NCBI GenBank assembly: GCA_963767925.1
Contig: CAVYGB010000008.1
Location: forward strand, 2,720,001-2,784,000
DNA from: an uncultured delta proteobacterium
GTDB lineage: Bacteria > Myxococcota_A > Polyangia > Fen-1088
Length of the DNA stretch: 64,000 nucleotides
Reading direction: 5' to 3'
The notes beneath the pieces were generated by a model. The model did not search any database. It had not been told where the DNA came from and saw only the letters and a list, made by a program, of their open reading frames with translations. Positions 57,177 to 64,000 of the stretch are shown one piece after another. Numbering within the stretch: position 1 is the stretch's first letter; the number at the start of each line of letters is the position of its first letter. Both the position numbers and the translations under genes were made by a program.

Positions 57177-58571
57177 TCACTCGGTCTCGAACTTCTTCAG
57201 CAGCCGCCGGACCTCGGCGGCGATGGCCGGACGCTGGGGGCCCACCGCCACCGCCGTGAGGCGGGAGGGGGAGAACACCCGCGCGGCCACGGCCTGCACG
57301 TCCTCGCTGCGGACGCGCTGCACGCGGCGGGCCCGCTCGACGTGGGAGTAGGGGCGGAAGAAAAGCTCGGTGCCGCCGAACCAGCCGCACAGCCCGTCGA
57401 GGTCGTCGAAGCCCGCCTCGAGGTCGCCGATGTAGCGGCGCTTGGCCTTCTCCAGCTCGGCGGCGGGCACGGCCATGGTGGCCAGGCCCCGCAGGATGCT
57501 GAGGATCTCGGCCACGAGCTGGGCCAGGTTCTCCGGGGAGCAGGCGGCGTCGATCTCGACGAGGGCGGCGTCGTGCAAGGGCTCGAGCCCCGCCGACACG
57601 TGGTAGGCGAGCCCCTTCTGGTCGCAGACCCGGTAGTGCAGCGGGGTGGACATGCCGTCGTCGAGCAAGCGCATCAGGGTGGCCAGCGCCGGGAAGGCCG
57701 GGTCCCACTCGGGAAAGGCGTGGAAGACGAGCTGGAGCTGGACCTGCGAGCCCTCGTCGTTGACGAACTTGATCTGGGGGCCGACCAGGGTGGAGGTCGC
57801 CGCCTGGGGCTCGACCCGGGTCCCGCGCGGGACCTTGGCGAAGGCCTGCCCGGCCAGCCGCCGCACGTCGGCCCGCTTGACCCGACCGGCCACACAGAGC
57901 GCCATGTTGCTGGCGCCGTAGTAGCGGCGGAAGTGCTGGCGCACGTCGCTGGTGGAGAAGCGGCGTACGTTGCGGCTGGGGCCGATGACCGGATAGCCGA
58001 GCGGGTGTCCCCGCCAGGCCACCGCCCGGGAGATGTCGTGGATGTTGACGTTGCGGCCGCGATCGTCGAGGTCCTCGAGGATCTCCTCGAGGATGATCGG
58101 CCGCTCGAGCTCGATGTCGCGGAAGGTGGGCGCGGCGAACAGATTTCCGAGGATGTCCATCGCCACCGCCACGTCTTTGGGCCGCAAGGAGACGTGGTAG
58201 AGCGAATAGTCCCGCCCGGTCTCGGCGTAGAGGGTCCCGCCCCGCTCCTCGATGGCCCGGTTGAGCAGGAACGAGGTCGGGAACCGCTCCGAGCCCCGGA
58301 ACAGCATGTGCTCGACGAAGTGCGAGAGCCCGTTGCTGCGCGGGGTCTCGTAGCGGGCCCCGGCCCGGACATACACCGCCACCACGGCGGAGTGCAGGTG
58401 GGGGGTCTCGACCGTCGACAGGCGCAGGCCGTTGGGCAGCAGGTCGCGGTAGACCCGGTAGGGCGCGGGGGCGACGGCAGAATCGGCCACTCCCTCGCTG
58501 GTGGAAGGAATGGGCCCCTTGGCGGGTCCCAGGGTGTCGGAGATGCGGCGGGCTCGATTTCGGGTGGACAC
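57177..58571 (-). CDS. M16 (pitrilysin-like) zinc peptidase
   Basis: LPNGL, GLSHFVEHMLFRGS (HxxEH), LERPIILEE, HPLG. Confidence 0.92.
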   Translation of the reverse strand: MSTRNRARRISDTLGPAKGPIPSTSEGVADSAVAPAPYRVYRDLLPNGLRLSTVETPHLHSAVVAVYVRAGARYETPRSNGLSHFVEHMLFRGSERFPTSFLLNRAIEERGGTLYAETGRDYSLYHVSLRPKDVAVAMDILGNLFAAPTFRDIELERPIILEEILEDLDDRGRNVNIHDISRAVAWRGHPLGYPVIGPSRNVRRFSTSDVRQHFRRYYGASNMALCVAGRVKRADVRRLAGQAFAKVPRGTRVEPQAATSTLVGPQIKFVNDEGSQVQLQLVFHAFPEWDPAFPALATLMRLLDDGMSTPLHYRVCDQKGLAYHVSAGLEPLHDAALVEIDAACSPENLAQLVAEILSILRGLATMAVPAAELEKAKRRYIGDLEAGFDDLDGLCGWFGGTELFFRPYSHVERARRVQRVRSEDVQAVAARVFSPSRLTAVAVGPQRPAIAAEVRRLLKKFETE

Positions 58572-58721
58572 GTTGGCTACGGCCCTGGATTTTAGCCGGT
58601 TTGAAACTCCGTGCTAGCGGGGTGGGAGTTTGCCCTCCCAGGTGGTCCTCCCGGGTGGGTGGGGGGCGCCGCCGCCCTCCCTATCCGCCGTCGGGCGGTC
58701 CTCTATAATCGGACCGCGCCA

Positions 58722-59586
58722 ATGGATGCCGAGGCCGTAACCACTTCGCTGGTGGTCAATGCTGACGAATTCGGCCTCTCCGAGGACGTCTCGCGAGGAA
58801 TCGTGCAGGCCCACGTCGAGGGGATCGTGAGCAGCACGTCGATCCTGGGAAATTGCCCCACCCTCGAGGCCGCCCGGGCCCTGCTGGCCCAGGCCCCCCG
58901 CCTGGGGGTCGGGGTCCAGCTCACCCTGGTCCGGGGGCGACCGGTGGCCGAGGCGGGCACCATCCGTTCGCTGCTCGAGGCCGACGGGGGGTTCCCCCGG
59001 CAGGTCCGGGACGTCTTCGCCGCCTGGCTGGCCGGACGCCTCAAGCCCGACGAGATCGAGCGCGAATTCGAGGCCCAGGTGCAGCGGACCCTGCAGGCGG
59101 GCCTGCGGCCGGACCACCTCAACACCCAGCACCACATCGGCTTCATCCCACCGGTGGGCCTGGCGGTGGAGGCGGTCGCCCGCCGGCACCGGCATCCCCG
59201 GCCTGCGCAGCGCCGTCGAGGAGCCGACCCTGAACTGGCTCACCGACCTGCCGCGGGGGGCGATGGCGGCGGTGCTGGGCGGGCTGGCCTGGCTGACCCG
59301 CCGCCGCCTGGGGGCCCTCCGCCACGGGCCCAAGACCTGGGGTTACGTCGAGAGCGGGCAGCTCGACGAGGTGCGCATCCTCGAGATCGTGGGGCGGATG
59401 GGGCCGGGCAGCCACGAGCTGATCTGCCACCCGGGCGCCGAGGACGATCAGGCCGCCGGCCTGGGGGCGTTTCCCTCGGGACGTTACCGGCGCGCACGCG
59501 AGCTGAAGGCCCTCACCTCCCCCATTATGCGACATGCGCTCGAGCAGCGGCGCATCCGCCTCTGCCGCTGGGCCGAGCTATTCTGA
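58722..59586 (+). CDS. ChbG/HpnK (YdjC) family deacetylase, frameshifted near 59190
   Basis: VNADEFGL, EFEAQV, DHLNTQHH, then in the +1 frame GIPGLR...ELICHPG...RELKALTSP. Confidence 0.82.
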
Positions 59587-59603
59587 AGGGGCGAGTCCCC
59601 TTT
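59586..59603 (+). terminator. Possible short terminator hairpin
   Basis: AAGGGG-CGAGT-CCCCTT-T at the end of the deacetylase gene. Confidence 0.3.
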
Positions 59604-59639
59604 CGAGCCGAGCCGGATTTGACCCATAATGAGGCGACC

Positions 59640-60359
59640 ATGTCTTCGCCCACCACGCAGGATTACTACGATCGCTTCGCGCCCAGCTACGAGGTGGCCC
59701 GCCACGACGGCTATCACCGCCTGGTGGACGAGCTCGAGCTCGAGCTGATCACCCGCTACGGCGCCGGCCGGGACATCTTCGAGGCGGGCTGTGGCACCGG
59801 CCTGCTGCTGCGCGAGGGGGCGGCGGTGGCCCGCAGCGCGGTCGGGCTGGATCTGTCGCGGGGCATGCTCAGCACCGCCCGCACCCGGGGGCTCAAGGTG
59901 GTGCAGGGCTCGCTGACCGCGGTGCCCTTGCCCGACGCCAGCTTCGACCTGGTCTACAGCATGAAGGTGCTGGCCCACGTGCCGCCCATCCGGGAGGCGG
60001 TGGCCGAGCTGACCCGCCTGTGCCGCCCGGGCGGCCATCTGCTGCTGGAGTTCTACAACCCCTGGTCGCTGCGCTACCTGGCCAAGCGGCTGGCGGGACC
60101 GGGCGCCATCGCCGCCGGCACCGACGAGAGCCACGTCTACACCCGCTTCGACACCCTGGCCCGGGCCCGGTCTTACCTGCCCGACGACCTGGAGTACGTG
60201 GGCGTGCGGGGGGTGCGGGTGGTGACCCCCGCCTCGACAGTCTACAAGATCCCCGCGCTCGGCAACCTGTTCGCCCAGGCCGAGCGCCTGGCCTGCGATC
60301 TGCCCGGGCTGCGGAATCTGGGGGGTTTTCTCATCGTGATCGCGCGCAAGCGCGGCTAG
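59640..60359 (+). CDS. Class I SAM-dependent methyltransferase
   Basis: FEAGCGTG, GLDLSRGML, DASFDLVYS. Confidence 0.88.
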   Translation: MSSPTTQDYYDRFAPSYEVARHDGYHRLVDELELELITRYGAGRDIFEAGCGTGLLLREGAAVARSAVGLDLSRGMLSTARTRGLKVVQGSLTAVPLPDASFDLVYSMKVLAHVPPIREAVAELTRLCRPGGHLLLEFYNPWSLRYLAKRLAGPGAIAAGTDESHVYTRFDTLARARSYLPDDLEYVGVRGVRVVTPASTVYKIPALGNLFAQAERLACDLPGLRNLGGFLIVIARKRG

Positions 60360-60366
60360 GGGGCGT

Positions 60367-61786
60367 ATGGCGGGACTGACCGGGGACATCCTCATCGTCG
60401 ACGACGAGCGCTCCCTGCGGGAGTTTCTCGCGATCTTCCTGCGCCGGAACGGTCACCGGGTGGACGCGGCGGCCGACGCCGACGCCGCCCGCAAGGCGAT
60501 GGCCGAGCGCGAGTTCGACGTCGTGATCACCGACCTCAAGATGCCGGATGCCAGCGGCCTCGACGTGCTGGCCGAATGCAAGCGCCTGCACCCCAACACC
60601 CAGGTCATCGTGGTGACCGCCTTCGCCACCGCGGAGACGGCCATCGCCGCCATGAAGGCGGGGGCCTACGACTACCTCACCAAGCCCTTCAAGGTCGACG
60701 AGGTGGGGCTGGTGGTGGAGCGAGCCCTAGAGCGGCGGGTCCTGCAGCACCAGAACGTCGTGCTGCGCGACGAGATCAAGGGCCGCTACAAGCTCGATCG
60801 GCTGATCGGCAAGTCGCCGGCCATGCACCGCGTGTTCGAGGTGGTGCGCAAGATCGCCTCCGCCCGCACCAGCGTGCTGCTCATCGGGGAGTCGGGGACC
60901 GGCAAGGAGCTGGCCGCGCGGGCCCTGCACGAGCTGTCGGGGCGGGCCGATCACGCCTTCATCGCCGTCAACTGCGGGGCCATCCCCGAGTCGCTCATCG
61001 AGTCGGAGTTCTTCGGGCACGTCAAGGGCTCCTTCACGGGGGCCAACACCGACCGCACCGGGCTGTTCGAGGCGGCCCACGGGGGGACCATCTTCCTCGA
61101 CGAGATCGGGGAGCTGCCCTCCCCCATGCAGGTCAAGCTCCTGCGCGTCTTGCAGGAGCGGAAGGTCAAGCGGGTCGGCGGCGTGCAGGAGAAGGAGGTC
61201 GACGTGCGGGTGGTGGCCGCCACCAACCGGGACCTCGAGACCGAGGTGGAGAAGGGGACCTTCCGGCAGGACCTGTTTTACCGGCTCAACGTCATCCAGC
61301 TCCGCCTGCCTCCCCTGCGCGAGCGCCGGGAGGACATCCCCATCCTCGTCGACCACTTCGTGCGCAAGCTGGCGGCGGAGCACGGGCGGCAGATCACCGG
61401 CGTCGACCCCGACGCCATGTCGGCCCTCATGAGCCACAGCTATCCCGGGCAACGTCCGCGAGCTGGAGAACCTCATCGAGCGGGCGGTCACGCTGGCCCA
61501 GGGGGACCGCATCTCCTCGGACACCTTGCCCATCCTCAACCCGCTCTCGGCGGCCGGCGCCCGGCTGGGCCCCGTCGCCGAGCTGCCCGACGAGGGGCTC
61601 GATCTGGAGAAGGTTGTCGAGGACTTCGAGCGGGGCATCCTGATCAAGGCGCTGGAGCGGACGCGTGGCAACCGCACCGAGGCGGCCCGCCTGCTGGGCG
61701 TCACCTTCCGCTCGCTGCGCTACCGGCTGTCGAAGCTGGGGATCACGGGCGGTGAAGGGGGCGTCGAGGCCACCTCCGAGACATGA
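60367..61786 (+). CDS. Sigma54-dependent response regulator, PilR-like, frameshifted near 61447
   Basis: Receiver domain, GESGTGKE, GSFTGA, YPG|NVRELEN split across frames, Fis HTH LLGVTFRSLRYRL. Confidence 0.88.
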
Positions 61787-61826
61787 GCGCCGCCCGCACC
61801 CCCGCGCTGCCCCCTCCCGCCAGACC

Positions 61827-62687
61827 ATGCTGGTGGTGGCGGTGGCGGCGCTGATCTTCTCGAGCTGCGTCCTGCTGGCCCGGGTGGCGCGCACCCAGGC
61901 CTCCGCCCTGCGGGCCACCTGGCCGGCCGAGGCCGACCTCATGTACCTGCCCCCCTCCAGCACGCTGCGCTGGCTGGCGCTGGGCCACACCGAGCTGGGG
62001 GCTGACCTGGTGGCGGCGCGGGCCAACGTCTATTACGGCACCCAGCTCGCCAGCAAGATCCCCACCAACTGGCTCGACCGCTACGTCCACACGGCGATCG
62101 ATCTGGACCCCCAGTTTCATCGGTTGTATGCCAGCGGAGCGGCCATGGTGCTCTACTACGGGGGCAAGATCACGCCCGACACAGTGCTGAAGGCGAACGC
62201 CATCCTCGAGCGGGGGATCGAAAACTTCCCGGCCGACTGGAACTTCTACTTCCAGCTCGGCTTCAACAAGTTCTTCGAGCTGGCCAACGCCGCCGGACCC
62301 GACGATCCCCGCTTGCCCGCCTGGCGGCAGGAGGGGGTGGAGGCGCTCCGGCTGGCCTCGAACTTCGACGGCGTGCCCTACTGGCTGCCCGGCCTGGCGG
62401 CGCGGCTGCTCACCAAACAAGGGGCCGATGAGCTGGCCGTGCGCCAGCTCGAGCAGGCCTACGCCGTCACCTCGAACGAGCGGACCCGCGAGGAGATCCG
62501 CTTCAAGCTGGAAAGGCTGCAGAACCAGCAGCTCATCCAGCGCATGGAGGAAGGGCGCCGCCAGTTCGAGGCGGACCTGCAGCAGGGCTACCCGTACGCC
62601 GACGAGGCCTTCTCGGTGCTGGTCGGGCCCCGCCGGCCCCGCTGGGTGGACATCGACCCGGCCTCGCCCGCCCCGGCAGGACCCTGA
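61827..62687 (+). CDS. Membrane-anchored TPR-like protein resembling pilus-associated PilG/XapA
   Basis: N-terminal TM, LALGHTELGADL, LDPQF, ILERG, W..YFQLGF; start uncertain (ATG 61783 is out of frame). Confidence 0.6.
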   Translation: MLVVAVAALIFSSCVLLARVARTQASALRATWPAEADLMYLPPSSTLRWLALGHTELGADLVAARANVYYGTQLASKIPTNWLDRYVHTAIDLDPQFHRLYASGAAMVLYYGGKITPDTVLKANAILERGIENFPADWNFYFQLGFNKFFELANAAGPDDPRLPAWRQEGVEALRLASNFDGVPYWLPGLAARLLTKQGADELAVRQLEQAYAVTSNERTREEIRFKLERLQNQQLIQRMEEGRRQFEADLQQGYPYADEAFSVLVGPRRPRWVDIDPASPAPAGP

Positions 62688-62688
62688 G

Positions 62689-63327
62689 GTGGCCCTCTCC
62701 TTCCAGCTCCCGGCGCCCGGCCGGCTGCGGCCCAACAACGCCCGCGACCCCCTGCCCTATTACTACCGGCCGCTGACCGGCTGGCTGTACCGGCACCGCC
62801 TGCAGATGGGGCTCGACCTGCTGCCCCCCGGGGGCCAGCGCGTGCTCGAGGTGGGGGTGGGCAGCGGCATCCTGGTGCCCACGTTGACGGCCCACTTCCC
62901 GGAATACGTTGGCAGCGATCTCGAGCTGGCGCCCGGGCTCGACGCGCTGGTCAGTCCGGGCTGCCGGGCGACCTTCCAGCGGGGCGATCTGCTGGCCGCC
63001 GAGGGCCTGCCGGCGGGGGCCTTCGACGCCGTCCTCTGCTTCTCGGTGCTCGAGCACATCGCCGACGCGGAGCGGGCAGCCGCCGGCCTGGCGCGCGCCC
63101 TGGCGCCCGGCGGGACGCTGGTGAGCGGGTACCCCATGGTCAGCCCCTTGATGACGCGCGCCTTCGCCCTCATCGGGTACCCGAACATCGACGAGGACCA
63201 CGTGAGCCCCCCGGCGCGCATCGCCGCCGCCCTGGGCCGCGTGCTGCGCCTGCGGGGCCGCGCCGCCTTCCCCCCGGGCGCCCCCACCCGGCTGGCCCTC
63301 TACCAGTGCACCGCCTGGAGCCGCTGA
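62689..63327 (+). CDS. Class I SAM-dependent methyltransferase
   Basis: VLEVGVGSG, FDAVLCFSVLEHI, LAPGG. Confidence 0.85.
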   Translation: MALSFQLPAPGRLRPNNARDPLPYYYRPLTGWLYRHRLQMGLDLLPPGGQRVLEVGVGSGILVPTLTAHFPEYVGSDLELAPGLDALVSPGCRATFQRGDLLAAEGLPAGAFDAVLCFSVLEHIADAERAAAGLARALAPGGTLVSGYPMVSPLMTRAFALIGYPNIDEDHVSPPARIAAALGRVLRLRGRAAFPPGAPTRLALYQCTAWSR

Positions 63328-63349
63328 GCGGCGCCGGGGAGCCGCGTTT

Positions 63350-64000
63350 CTAGCGGCGCTCGAGGACGGCGAGCAGGCGAAAGCCGAGGAGGCGGAAGGC
63401 CGCCGCGGGGAGGTGATCCTCGAGCCGCAGCAGGCCCCGCCAGAGCGGCAGGGGCAGCAGCGGCCGGCGGGAGAGGCCGCCCGAGGCGGGATAGGTCGGC
63501 CCGGCCAGGCAGCGCAGCTCGCGCACCACGAGCTCGGGGAAACGCCGGGCGAGCTCGTCCCGCCGGCGGTAGAGCAGCAGGGTGGGCAAGGCCTGGTTGC
63601 CGTCGAACGGGTCGTCGCTGGTGACCAGGTCGTCGCCGAGGGGCTCGGACCGCGAGATCGCACCGCTCCTCGTGAAACAGCTTGTAGACCGGGTAAGAGA
63701 GCGGGCCCACGTAGGGCTCGAGCAGCACGACCCGGCCGCCCACCCGGAGGACCCGCACCGCCTCGGCCAGGAAGCGCCCGGGGTGGCGCAGGTGGTGGAG
63801 CACGTCGAACAGCACCAGCGCGCCGAGCGCGCCGTCGGCGAAGGGCAGCGCCTCGGCGGCGATCTCGTGGTCGTGCCAGGGCGCCTTGACCACGTCGGAC
63901 AGCTCGAGCTCGGGGATGGCCTCCCGGGCGAAGCCGGGCCCCGAGCCCAGCTCGAGCCAGGGGCCGAGCTGCCGGTCGGGCAGCCGCTCCCGGATCTGGC
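63350..64000 (-). CDS. Class I SAM-dependent methyltransferase, 5'-truncated by the window, frameshifted near 63648
   Basis: LELGSGPGF, LPFADG, FDVLHHL, then in the shifted frame DPFDGNQALPTLL...YPASGG. Confidence 0.8.
   Translation of the reverse strand, partial: ARSGSGCPTGSSAPGSSWARGPASPGRPSPSSSCPTWSRRPGTTTRSPPRRCPSPTARSARWCCSTCSTTCATPGASWPRRCGSSGWAAGSCCSSPTWARSLTRSTSCFTRSGAISRSEPLGDDLVTSDDPFDGNQALPTLLLYRRRDELARRFPELVVRELRCLAGPTYPASGGLSRRPLLPLPLWRGLLRLEDHLPAAAFRLLGFRLLAVLERR

Noticed and set aside
58611..60359. Apparent deacetylase-methyltransferase fusion
   Set aside because: Produced by the frameshift near 59190; the deacetylase ends at 59586 and the MTase has its own start at 59640

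Overview
Very GC-rich, gene-dense bacterial chromosomal segment, most likely Myxococcota (Polyangia/Haliangium-like), inferred from Gly/Pro-rich lipoproteins, PEGA and vWA proteins, an Oar-like TonB-dependent receptor, a PilR-like regulator and a MYXO-CTERM-like motif. About 58 genes. These include an isobutyryl-CoA-mutase-type large subunit, a complete pqqABCDE operon (pqqA is missed by the ORF track), two PQQ-enzyme genes, an ECF sigma/FecR-like pair, tdh-kbl, hemW-hrcA-grpE-dnaK-dnaJ extended by three coupled genes, cysteine desulfurase-thiI-larE, dnaE, tolC, rluD-pgeF and a methyltransferase-rich end. The most notable structures read directly from the DNA are: (1) four copies of an ECF-type promoter GGAAC-N16/17-CGT(G/A)(T/A)A, in front of the ECF gene, a divergent secreted BSP peptidase, the TonB-dependent receptor and a four-helix-bundle gene, which suggests a regulon; (2) a bAvd-like four-helix-bundle gene with an in-frame TAG, followed by a ~180-nt hairpin built from NNCG(T/A)G hexamers; (3) a di-haem PQQ dehydrogenase with a lanthanide-type D-x-D motif; (4) repeated leaderless-type -10/start arrangements. 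Several single-base frameshifts look like sequencing or assembly errors. No rRNA, tRNA, CRISPR array or transposase was recognised. All calls are by eye; no searches were run.
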